From Eremomyces bilateralis CBS 781.70 (taxonomy: Eukaryota): a stretch of 50,712 bases of DNA. The stretch lies in assembly GCA_010015585.1 (NCBI GenBank), contig ML975171.1; one strand, given 5' to 3'. The stretch's first letter is position 1. Every line of letters begins with the position of its first letter. Positions 12,551 to 25,900 of this stretch are shown in pieces. The notes under the pieces are model-generated. The model was not told the DNA's origin and searched no databases. It was given only the letters and a program-made list of their open reading frames with translations. The position numbers and the translations under genes are program-made.

Positions 12551-13316
12551 GCTGGATATGATAGAAGAAAGCTGCTTCTGGTTGATACCTATAGCCGAAT
12601 CCCGATTGGCAAGTTGCGTGTTCTTATGATGTCCGCACTGGTTGCTCATCCTGTATTGACAAGGTACAGCCCTAATTAACCAACTAGGAGAATGAACCCA
12701 AGTTCCTATTTAGTCAAGGGTTTAATTCCCTCGTTAACCTAACTTAAAATTCGTCCGAGGGTCATAAATGGATCCAAGGGAAAGCGTAGCTAGGAGCCAA
12801 GAGTTCCTACGGGATAAATTCTGTCTCCTCACCGTTAGGTAAATGCACCACCTAGGTACTTTATATGCATAATGCACGCAATAAAGCCCGTGGAGTCAAT
12901 CGCAGGGCTTCAGATTCGCCAATCAGTATAAACGGAACCTCTGATCCTTGCCTAGCGCCTAGAAAAGCGGTAGTGCTTTGATCGTAAAGAATGCTCCGGT
13001 ACGATATCCTGCAACCAAGAAAGTCCACCGAGCTACCTACTCCTCTTCTCCTCTCCGGCTTTGCGATGGTGAATTAAGACCTTTACCTTTATATGCCCAA
13101 ACTATCTTAATTACTTGTATAAGTAGGGCTCCCTTAAGAACTGTAAGCCGAGGTCCAATATAATTAGTGATATGAACTTATACCTACGACGTCCTGCGAT
13201 AGATATAGAAAGCTGTTAAATACCTTATACCGCCAAGTTAAATATACCAGCAATTGACTGGAAACGCCGACATACTGAGTTGACTTTTAGAATCCGATCA
13301 TCTATCAGTTATCAGT

Positions 13317-14831
13317 ATGCTGTTCCTTAGGTGTGTGTTGGTCGCCTTTGCAACTCGGGCTCTTGCATTCTCCTCCCCCAACCATGGACTCTCGGAATCA
13401 GAAGCAGCAGGAGGTGGCGAATATTTCTCAAAATTCAGCACTCTAGTACCACGGGCGCCGGTTACGAATCTTACTTCCACTCTCAGTAAGATTATCGCAG
13501 ACAGTGCAACCGTACCAGTTCCCGACGCTTGGCGTATACTTGCCCGCAGTCATATTCTGGATACATTGGCCTCGATCGTCGCTTGCAGAGACCTGGAACC
13601 ATCGACGCTAGCTAGAGAGTTAGCGCTTTCACTGAGCGGCGGAAGAGGTCGGTCCGCAGCAACGATTCTCGGAACCCATGAACAGGCATCAATCGTGGAC
13701 GCCGCCTTTGCCAGTGCCATGGCAGGCCACGGGGCAGAGATCAACGACTTTGTGCCCTCAGCGTTCGTACAGCCAGGTCCATCAGTGGTCTCCGTGGCTC
13801 TGGCTCTAGCAGAAACGCGAGGACTGAGCGGAGACGCTGTCCTTCGCGCCGTCATCGTGGGCTATGAGTTCACAAGCAGAATTCCTAAAGCCCTCGGCAT
13901 CAACAACTTGCAGAACGCCAATATTGCGAATCATGGGATCGGTCCAACCTTCGGGGCCGCCGCTGCCGCTGCGTCGCTCCTTCGCTTGTCTGAAGAGCAG
14001 ATCTCGTACATGTTGGGCTACTGCGCACAGCAGGCGTCTGGCACATGGCAGTGGCTCTTGGACGTCGAGCACATTGAGAAATCTTTCGTCTTCGCTGGAA
14101 TGGGCGCAAAAGCCGGCTTGAGCGCTGCTCTGATGGCCGAGGCGGGGTTCCGCGGCGTCGAAAACAGCTTCGACAGTGAAAAGGGATTCATCACCTCCAA
14201 GAAGTTCACAGGTGGTGACGAAAACCTGGAGAGTTTGTTGGATTTCGGCAACAAAACCGAGCTGTCCGAAACCGGTTACAAGCGCTATCCTGTCGGCGGC
14301 CCTACCCAACCAGCGGTTCATGGCCTTCTTTCCCTGCTCCCTAATATCACTGTCACTGAAGTGTCGAAGGTGGTGGTTGAAATGCCTGGTGCTGCGGACA
14401 GCTTCCGGAGCGCAAACATGCCGGCGTTGAACCTGAAGTATCTTGTCGCCATCATATTAATCGATCAGCGTCTTGACTTCGTTTCCGCTCAATCTCGTGA
14501 GCGCATGCTAGGTGACCAGGAAGTACAAGCTCTAATGTTGAAGGTGGAGGTAGTGGAGGATCCCAGCCAGGAGCCGCCGCCCGGCGAAGCTCGGACAGAG
14601 AGTGCACGAGTAAAAGTTGAGGAGACTGGTGGGCGTCGCCACGAGGTGTACGTGCCATACGTCAAAGGATACCCGTCGCATCCAATGTCCAAAGAGGAAG
14701 TTGATCTCAAAGCCCTGGAACTGATGGAGCCGCATCTCGGGGACAAGCGAGCACGAGCGGTAATTGCTACGACTAACGCAATTGATCGCCTGCCACGCAT
14801 TGGAGAGCTTGTGAAACTTATCTCAAGATAG
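13317..14831 (+). CDS. MmgE/PrpD-family protein, intronless, with predicted signal peptide
   Basis: 504-aa ORF with family motifs ARSHILDTLA, ATILG, AAFASAMAGHGAEINDF, AVIVGYE, FGAAAAAASLLRL, GLSAALMAEAGFRG, KRYPVG, VKGYPSHPMS. N-terminus MLFLRCVLVAFATRALA is signal-like. Confidence 0.92.
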   Translation: MLFLRCVLVAFATRALAFSSPNHGLSESEAAGGGEYFSKFSTLVPRAPVTNLTSTLSKIIADSATVPVPDAWRILARSHILDTLASIVACRDLEPSTLARELALSLSGGRGRSAATILGTHEQASIVDAAFASAMAGHGAEINDFVPSAFVQPGPSVVSVALALAETRGLSGDAVLRAVIVGYEFTSRIPKALGINNLQNANIANHGIGPTFGAAAAAASLLRLSEEQISYMLGYCAQQASGTWQWLLDVEHIEKSFVFAGMGAKAGLSAALMAEAGFRGVENSFDSEKGFITSKKFTGGDENLESLLDFGNKTELSETGYKRYPVGGPTQPAVHGLLSLLPNITVTEVSKVVVEMPGAADSFRSANMPALNLKYLVAIILIDQRLDFVSAQSRERMLGDQEVQALMLKVEVVEDPSQEPPPGEARTESARVKVEETGGRRHEVYVPYVKGYPSHPMSKEEVDLKALELMEPHLGDKRARAVIATTNAIDRLPRIGELVKLISR

Positions 14832-15878
14832 ACAAAGATCAATGATAGCAATACCTACGGGAAGATGAATGATGATGGAAATAATACCCCTGAACCAAAA
14901 AGTAAATACCCCTATCACGTGAACAACGTGATATATAAATCCTGCGATCTGATCGGTTTATTTCGAAACTTCTAGCTAGTTACTCCGTAAACAAATAGGT
15001 AGTTGAAAGACCTCCCATCCTAGGCACCCCTACTGTGTATTCCCCCACTGTGCTAGATGCCCACTACTACCAACCCTGGGCACCCCGCACCGCCTATTTT
15101 AGGTTCTTCTCCCCGACTACCACCCGTCCTTGGCTCTACTAACTTCAATTTTGAGCTCTCTCTAGCCCCGCTAAATACTTTACGCCCAACCATGACGAAT
15201 CACGAATGCCTTGATGTGTTGTTTACCGAGGTATTATTTTGGATAGACCAATCAGATCGCAGAGATTGTGCCTCTCGTGTGGGAGCATTTGCAGGATTGA
15301 ATCAGGGCCTTCAAGGGTGATATCATCCTGCAGTATGTCCATCACCTCCCTTTATGGAATCTACTTTTCAAGGCTTCTGTCGCAATTCGAACAAAACATT
15401 TTGCAAATGTCTTGGAAATTGAAGTCATCGGCTAATAGGATGCATTGCCAAGATCACGATGTGCCGAACTGCCGATTCAGTTGTAGAGAGTGGAGAATGG
15501 GGAATGGAAAGAGTCGAAATCTGAATAAATCAGTTCACCGTGCACTGGCGGAAGGCAAGGTCAGGGGTTGATTCTGCGAATTGGTTAGTACATGTAGGTA
15601 GTCACTGACGCACCTTCCATTAAATGTATAAGGTATCTATCGTATATTCGTATTCGTCAACATAATATGGTGGTAAACGCTCGGTAGTCGGTAACCGTGC
15701 TTGAGTTGCAATTTTGAATGCGGAGGCTACTATCGATGAAACACTACCGGTAGGTGGTATATGAACATCGGGGTCCTAAGTTGATAGATGACGCGGGTGT
15801 ACAAGAACTACAGTGCAGTTCAAGCATCAGTTCCGTTTCACAGGCACTGTTTAGGCACTGGTCAGATCCCTAAACACA

Positions 15879-17662
<1,784 letters not shown>

Positions 17663-18635
17663 AGGCCGAGTTCACGTTTATAATTTGAGTACCGCTCTAT
17701 TACAAAACGAAGGAATATAGTGGAACAAGATAATCGCAGTGAGACGTGTGGTAGTGGTCGAGACCTGCCTGCAGAGATAAAATGTAATTCGACTTTCGCG
17801 CAAAGTTTGCAAGGAAGCTTCATAAGTTAACTGTGGACACATTATTGAGGCCAAAACGATTGCTCGCTCACGCAAATATAAAGCAAGTAATATCATCACT
17901 GAGTCAAGACACTAAGCGCAAAGAGACATTGGTATTTGGAAGAATGGAAGAATGCTTGTCGCATACTCCAGAGTCTGAACTCTGAAAATGGCACGGGTTT
18001 GATTAGTCAGCCAGCACTTCCTGCGCCGCCTGCGCCCCCTGCGGCGACCACCAAGAAAAGGGGTTTGTTTACATAGTATGTAGTTAGTTAGAACTAACTT
18101 AACTAAGTTAGTTATATAAATAGTAACTTACACTGTACTCAGTACTCACTAACTCCGAAGTCCAAACCCACTAACTCACATCATCCCGGAACTCGTCCGC
18201 AGGATGAAGGATTCGAGATCTCCAACCCTTAATTTCTAATCCTCAGTCAGATGGACCGATTTTACTTCTCGTTCATCTGATTGAGTCACTGCGCTGTTTA
18301 CTACGTCACCAGCTTCTAGTCTTACTGTACTCCGCGCGTTTTAGGTCTTGTTTTAGCACTGGCGGCCTGCACGGCCCATGGGGCGGGAATAATGGGGATT
18401 CGGACCGATGGAGTTCCTCTGGTTCACGGCGGCTTGGTACCTTTAAATATAGGGATATGTACAACCTCTAAGTCTTAATCTACCAAATAGAATCTCTTTC
18501 AACCAGTCAGACCCAGCCATCATCCAAACTTCCCGCAGCTCTTAGACGTGGCTTCTACTCTGTACTTCTACTTCTCCTACTGAACTTGCCAGCAAGAAAG
18601 CCAGCCTAGGGATTTGTGTCACAGTCTGATACATC

Positions 18636-19361
18636 ATGGGCATCTGGGTCGTGGGTGCAATCGCCCTCCAGATACTGGGTGCAACCGCACTCCAGCTAGC
18701 GAGCTTAGGAAGCTCATTCGCTGCCGGACCAGGACTTCCAGAGGGAGGGAACTACGCTCATATCTTCGCCAGCCGACTTGCCGCCAACCTGACCGACCTG
18801 AGCGTGTCTGGCTCGACCCTCCTCAATATCAACTCGCAAATCGCGGGAATCCCCGGGGATGCCGATCTCATCACCGTGACATCCGGCGGAAACGACTTGG
18901 GATACGTCGGCGGGCTGACAAAGGACAGCGATGGAGGCCATGCTGCGGATCCGTCCATTTCAGAGCAAACGCTCGTAAATCGATTCAACAGTGCGCTGAC
19001 CCAAATCCACACCCAAGCACCGAGTGCTAAGATATACTTGGTCGAATACCTCACGATCCTTGGTCCGGATGTAACGCCACTGTCTAAGGACGTACCATTC
19101 AACGCAGAGCGAGTGGAGCACCATCGCGGCGTGGCAGCGACCCTGCAGAGGGCTACCGCGCAGGCTGCTGAAGGAAAAGCCTGGGTAGAAAGGATCCCGG
19201 TGGCGCAGGCAAGCCAGAGAAATGGAGTTGGAAGTGCAATTCCCTGGATCAATGGAAACCCAGGGTCGACGACGAACGGTGCAGCGTGGCATCCCACTGC
19301 GGCGGGCATGAATGCTGTTGCCAACATGCTCTATGAGAAGGCCCGTCAGAGGCCGGAATAG
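18636..19361 (+). CDS. Secreted SGNH/GDSL hydrolase (SEST-like), intronless
   Basis: Signal-like N-terminus. Block I SLGSSFAAGPG, block II SVSGS, block III TSGGNDLG, block V WHPTAAG. Confidence 0.9.
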   Translation: MGIWVVGAIALQILGATALQLASLGSSFAAGPGLPEGGNYAHIFASRLAANLTDLSVSGSTLLNINSQIAGIPGDADLITVTSGGNDLGYVGGLTKDSDGGHAADPSISEQTLVNRFNSALTQIHTQAPSAKIYLVEYLTILGPDVTPLSKDVPFNAERVEHHRGVAATLQRATAQAAEGKAWVERIPVAQASQRNGVGSAIPWINGNPGSTTNGAAWHPTAAGMNAVANMLYEKARQRPE

Positions 19362-20161
19362 CAAACAGGGACCGGCGTAGTCGCAGGGACCGGCGCGATT
19401 GCTATGGCACAGCGCACTGGATGGATTGTTTTGCTCTGCTTTGTTTTCATTTGATTAAGCTCATGTTAGACACAAGGAGTTGGGAAGCCGCGCGTCATCA
19501 GTGGATGGATGGAGCTCTTTGGAAAGGAAGATATACTGACCTTTCGGTTGCATATATAAAATAATAGTCAACAATTTGGTGCGATTGGTCGCTTGTACCT
19601 GTCAACAGTCTCAACATCTTTGGTCGGAACGGAGTTCAGTATGGGTAGTGCCTAATCGCGGCACAGTAGAACTTTTGAATGTGCAGAACTTGCATGACAT
19701 GGCAATGGAATCACGGCTGAACCTGAAGTTGTTGTAATTAAGCCTTCTAGCACTTGGCAGCGTGGTTTGATATTGTGTTGGCGTGCTTCCAGTCTGTTGG
19801 TGGGACCCCTTGGCTAACGCCGCCATCCACCAACCGACTTTACATGAACATTACGAAACGCCTTTTAGCCCCCACGGCTATGAGAGCGTTCGGGTTGGTA
19901 AAACTAATAATACAGGCTAGGAAGTAAGGTGACGTTTTCATACCCCAATCAAAAACCAAGTTAGGTGGAAGGGATGGTATTGAAACCTCTCGAATCCGAA
20001 GCCTTGCATGAAAGGTATACGCTATTTCTTTCTCTTTCTCCTTCTCTTTAACTTCGATATTATGTGCGATTAAGCCGCCGAATGGATTCAAGTCTTCATC
20101 GTTTTCTTCCCTTGCTTTAGGCTTATCTAGGATAGTGTGGATCCTCCGTTTGCAGAGACCT

Positions 20162-21628
20162 ATGTTGCGGCGCGCCGCCCTTGTAGCGGTGCTGGTCGGC
20201 CTTGGAGCGATACTGATACCGCTCCTATCACCACAAGGCCAGCAAGCACCCAAGTATCATGTGCAAGGGAAGAATAATACAATATTGTTTTTGACGAATG
20301 AGCATGCTGGTCTTTGCAATGTGCTTTTGGCAACCGCATATGCCCTGCTCGAGAATCACCCGCATATTCAAGTCCACTTCGCATCCTTCCCGAAACTGGA
20401 GCGGAGGGTCCGGGAGACCTCTGCTTTCCTCACTACTATGAAGACGGTCCCGGGTATTACATTTCACCCCCTGCCCGGGCCGACATATACCGAAGCATTG
20501 TTGGAGTTCCGATCCGAGACGAGCATTATCCACCCGCCGGGGTTGGCAGGAATTGATACCATGGCTCCGAATTTGCCAGACTTTATATCGCCTTGGGCAG
20601 CGGGGGAGTACTACAACATATACAAAGCTATTTCGGAAACCATCGACCAAGTAGATCCGGCCGTCATAGCCTTAGACACGATGCTTGCACCAGGATTCGA
20701 CGCGACGCGAGAGAAACGGCGAGTCCATGCTCTGGTGACGCCGAATATTCTGGCGGATATGATGCCTGCGGAGCAGCCTAAGTATACGTTATTCTGGAAA
20801 TACCCAGCGTGAGTTTCCCCGGGCATATCAGCTTCTTGGTTATCGGCTCAACATGGCTTTCATACAGGCTGGGATCCGGCTTCCCATACCCCGTCCCTTG
20901 GAAGTTAATTCCTGCAAATATCTACATTAACTTCCGCGTCATCATGAGCTTCTTGTCGGCTCCACAGGTTAGGGAAAAGAGAGCGTTCTTGAAAGAGAAG
21001 GGGTTGGAAAACCCGGTCGACTTCATGGGCTTATATCACCCCGAAGTTCCGTGGATTACCCAGACATTGCCGGGAGCTCACACGCCCCTAAATATCATTC
21101 CACGCAATGTGGTTCTCGCCGGACCAATCAACCTAGCCGGGACGGAGACGGTCTCGGAGTCCGGGGCAGAGTTGTTGGCTTGGCTCCAGCAAAAGCCAAC
21201 TGTACTTATTTCCTTGGGGAGCGGGTTCAAGTACACTCACCATGATGCGACTGTTATGACTGAAGCAATTAGACAAGTTCTTCTTGCCACTGACGTACAG
21301 GTGTTGTGGAAGATGGTCAAACTCGAAGCCTACAACGCCGACTTCATAAGCGCAGCAATGGAGGAAGCAGCTGGACGCTTTCGTGTCGTGAAGTGGCTCG
21401 ATGTGGAACCTCCCACACTGCTTCAGTCGGGACACATTGCAGCTTTTGTTCACCATGGTGGCGCCGGTTGTTACCACGATGGCCTTTCGTAAGACTCCTT
21501 GACTCTGAAAATACCGATACAACGTTGCTAATTGGAACAGTGGTGGCGTTCCCCAGGTCATCTTGCCGCAGTGGGTAGACCTGTATAATTTCGCTCAACT
21601 TGTGGAGGATCTGGGCATTGTAGAGTAG
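20162..21628 (+). CDS. UDP-glycosyltransferase (GT1) with N-terminal membrane anchor; appears C-terminally truncated
   Basis: ILFLTNEHAG, VHFASF, VLISLGS, QVLWK, KWLDVEP, FVHHGGAGCYHDG|GVPQVILPQWVDLY (UDP-sugar signature). Introns ~20809-20867 and 21489-21540. Stop at 21626-21628 right after EDLGIVE. Confidence 0.85.
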
Positions 21629-22907
21629 CTAGGAATCGTCCTCTCTATAAGAATTCCAAAACGTATTGCAATGTGAAGGACGCCCAAATTGCATCCAACT
21701 ACTACAGAATAGAGGTACCGTATTGGCAGTATCTGGCTGGCACTCTGAGATATAGCAAACTATTCCGAACCCGTACCTAGACTGCTTAAAGGTGACACAG
21801 AGGTCGTACCAAAGTACTTTATTTAGCTTTTTCAGATGCTTTTGGTCCCGAAATAATATCGGAACTTCTGAGTTATTTGTACCTTGTGGATGCTCGAGTT
21901 CCCGATCATCCTTGACCAAGTCTGGATGAACTTGTATCCGTCATTCTGTCACTTTGATCTGATCGAACGAGTGAGGTTGAGGCCGATTGTGGCCAGACTT
22001 CATCTTTATATTCCGACGAAAACCTAGCGCTCTGTCCATACGAATTTGTTTGTTTCATTAAATATTTTCTTTCTGATCGTCCTGCAGACCGGCATAAACA
22101 TATCTGTACGTAATATTACCCTGCAGGATCGAACAACGGCATGCATCAAAATCCACGCGGACGCGGCTCGGGAGGAATCCCCGCTATTAATCAACGGCTA
22201 ACTTATAGAGACTAGAGGACTAGAGGACACGACTCACGAAACACGAGACATCACTGCATCAGGCATACCGAACTCAAACCTAAGCCATCAACGCTTGGAC
22301 AATAGAGGGTTGCCCGGCTTGCCCTTGGAGGCTTGGAGCCATCAAGTGATCTGGACTCGAAGGAATCCATCATGCATGACTCACTCCTCATCTGACCAGT
22401 GACAAGCCCCCAGCCGTTGGATGAGGCGATGGCCGATGAGGCTTTGGCGATCGATCATCATCAAACTTCGCTAAGAACTTCGAACTAAGAACATATTTCC
22501 CCAGGTCGGCCGCTCGGGCAGTTGTTGACTTTTCTGTCATAGGGCAGCTGATTTACCCGCAGCTATTTTCATTTAAACGTCATATCCTGCGTCTCTAGGC
22601 GTAGAATGATTGACGCTAACCATCGATATCGTGACCCTCGAACCACGACCTTGAGCCTTCGTATCACACTGGCGATTGGCGGGTCTGTCCCATTCCGTTG
22701 CACAGCTTGTTCTTCTTCTTAGCAGTCTGAAACAAGGGATAGCTTTTCCGAACCTCGTACAACATCCGTGTTTCTCTCCGGAAGTTCTCGACCCTCTCGC
22801 GTCTTGACCTCGTCGAAGCCCAAGTATTGAGCCAGACGCGCAAGTCACAACTTCGCGCTGTTATGGTTCGCTTGCGGTAACGGGCGAAGAATACATAGTA
22901 GCTCATC

Positions 22908-25900
22908 ATGGCTTCATCGACTTTCAATGACCTGCTTACTCAGAATGCACCTCAATTCCAGACACGACAGGCGCTAATTGTCGTTGGAGCACAGGATGAC
23001 TTCTTGTCGCCAAAAGGAAGCCTACCTGTCTCGCAACCGCCTATCCCGACCCTCCTCTCTCGTATCCGATCCCTTGTCCCCGCCTTTCGCGAGAACGCTG
23101 GGGACATCATCTGGGTGCGCACCGAATACCAAGAAGATCGACCTGTCGCGGGCACCGAAGAAGCCTCGGACGATGCGGACAACGTCGTAACGGATTTCTC
23201 CCCGCGGATCAGCACCGAGGAGGCCGGACTTGGGGGAGTCGATGATCAGGATGGAAACATAACCGCTCTCCCGTCGACGCCTCGAAAGTTGCGGTCAAGC
23301 CAGAGCACCGGCTACTTGAAATCCGGGCCGGGACGAAGTCGCATGAGAGCGTTGGAGATACTTAAAAAATACTCGGCTCGGAAGTCACCCAACGGAGCAG
23401 CATCGGTGGCTGCCCGGCATAGTTTGGAGGATGAAGACGAGCTCTTCTTATGCCGGACACCAGCGAAGGAGCCCTGCTTCCTACCTAGGACAAACGGCGT
23501 GGAGTTTGCTGGACCGGTCCGAGCCCTGGTGGACAAAAACGCGGATGTGCTTTTGACTACCAGTCATTACTCGGCATTTCATGATACAAGCCTATTGATG
23601 TCACTGCGAGCGAAGCTCGTGACGGAGCTATACATATGCGGGTCCATTTCGAACATATCCGTATATGCAACCGCCGTCGACGCAGCGAAGCATGGCATGG
23701 CAATTAACCTAGTCGAGGACTGTCTGGGGTACCGGAAGCTGTGGAGACATGAAGAAGCTGTCAGGCAAATGACCGAGCTGATGGGTGCATACACTCTCAC
23801 AAGTTCGGAAATCCTTAGTGACTTGTTGGAGACACCCGAGTCCGACTCTCGTGATCTTACTGAAATGCTTGATCACTTGACCTTGCAAGAGAGCAGAAAG
23901 CAGGCACCAAGCCGGGACAGCAAAAGTACCGAACCAATACGTACACCTGGAAGGACTTCGAGCTCTGTGGCCTCTTCCCATCGTATTTCAAGGGAGAGCA
24001 ATTACAGTTCCAAGCATATGGAGATTGTTGATGTCACAACCATAAAAGACAGACCCCAATCGCGTACAAGGGACAAGGCCATGGCCAAACATCCCGGAAC
24101 TGAGCGGAGGCACAGTGACCGAACCGCCTTGCTTGCCCTGGAAATGCAGAAGGCAAAGGCGAAATTGAAGGATGAACGCCGAGAGTATGTTCCAAATCGT
24201 GTGCACATTCGGACTCGGCAGCAGAAGAGCAGAGAAAGCATGGCCGATGAGCGATCCGGATCCGCATCATTACCCGGCTCTCAGAGTGCTTCGAGAAATG
24301 GATCTCTTGTCGCCCTCACGCCTGTAGAGCAACCTCGCAGCTGGGGTCCAATCAATCGAAAGCCCCCCAGGTCTCCCACGTCTCCATCCACCACTGTATC
24401 GAGCTTTCATACGGCTGGAGCGAACGAGACCAGAATTTCCGGAAGCAAGGAATCCCTGAACCGGGTTCCCTCGACCGAAGACGCTTTACGCCCCTCTAGC
24501 CACCACAACCGCCGTCACCATCCCAACCTTTCCAACTTGCCGACGCTTGGTCCTGGCGACAAGATTGGCACAGGCGATTCATCGATCCTGTACGACTTTA
24601 TGCCATCTAAATCAGCCCTCTATCCTACACTTTCGTCCTTCAACATATTTTCCCGCCTCTGTGCTGAAGTTCGCTGGCAGCGTATGTTTCACGCAACTGG
24701 CGAAGTTCCACGGCTAGTCTGCGTCCAGGGCATATCACAAGATGACGGCTCGCATCCAATTTACCGCCATCCAAGCGACCATGTGCTCCCCCTCATGCCC
24801 TTTTCTCCCTCGGTGGATGCGATCCGGTTGGAAGCGGAGAAACGCGTAGGACACCCGCTGAACCACGTCCTCATCCAGCTCTATCGATCTGGTAATGATT
24901 ACATCTCAGAACACAGCGATAAGACGCTGGATATCGTCCATGGGAGTAAGATTGTCAACGCTAGCTTCGGGGCGCTGCGGACGATGCGACTGCGGACGAA
25001 AAAACCCGAAATCGCCACCATTGCTAGAGCCGAATCACATCCTTCTACAGTTCCCAGCACATCCTCTTCCGACCGAGTAACCCAGCGCGTGCCTATGCCG
25101 CATAACTCACTGTTTGTCCTCGGCCCAGACACTAATGCGACCTGGCTTCATGGAATCCAGCCGGACAAGCGTGCTCCCATCGATAGATCTTCTGCCGAAC
25201 TGGCCGAGGGCGGAGCACGCGTTTCGCTGACGTTCCGGCACATCGGAACATGGGTCAGCGGTGATGAGAACTTGATCTGGGGTCAGGGTGCCACTGCTCG
25301 AGACAAGTCAGAGGCACGGAAGACCATCCATGGAGGAGAGGAAGCCAAGAAACTTATCATGGCCTTTGGGGCGGAGAATCGCAGTAGCGAGCAAAATTCC
25401 TGGGAGAGGTTCTACGGGAAACGATCCGATGTGCTTGATTTGGCCGAAGGAAGGACGGAGAAGATGATGGTCTTCCTCCCCGCATCCGATCCCTGGGCTC
25501 CTTCGGGGGAGCGTGCCTCCAGAGCAGAGCGCATGGTACGCGAGTACATCCACGAGGCCGAGTTGGATGTCGAATTCATCGAAGCGCCAACCCCGGTGCC
25601 AGTGCCCGTAGAGTCGAAGAAGGAAGCCGACAAACCGAGGAAAGACGAGGCGGTGTCGTCGACTTCAATCCTTCTCCGGGACATCGATGCCATGCACACA
25701 GAGGTCACCGGCGAGTATGCCATCCTAATTTACCTGTCACGCTTCTACCGGACGCCTACGTCTAGTATGCAAACCAAGTCGCATGCCGCAACAGAACTCG
25801 AACGCATGTTCCTGCTCAAAGACTTGGATACAGCGCTGCGCCTCATCGAAAGTACGGATAACACACTGCAACAAGGCCACCTTGTCGAACGAGCGCTGGA

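Noticed and set aside
19366..19397. Direct repeat CAGGGACCGGCG x2 after the SGNH stop, and similar micro-duplications near 15841, 22209 and 22464
   Set aside because: Too short; consistent with ordinary slippage, and not paired as target-site duplications around an element.
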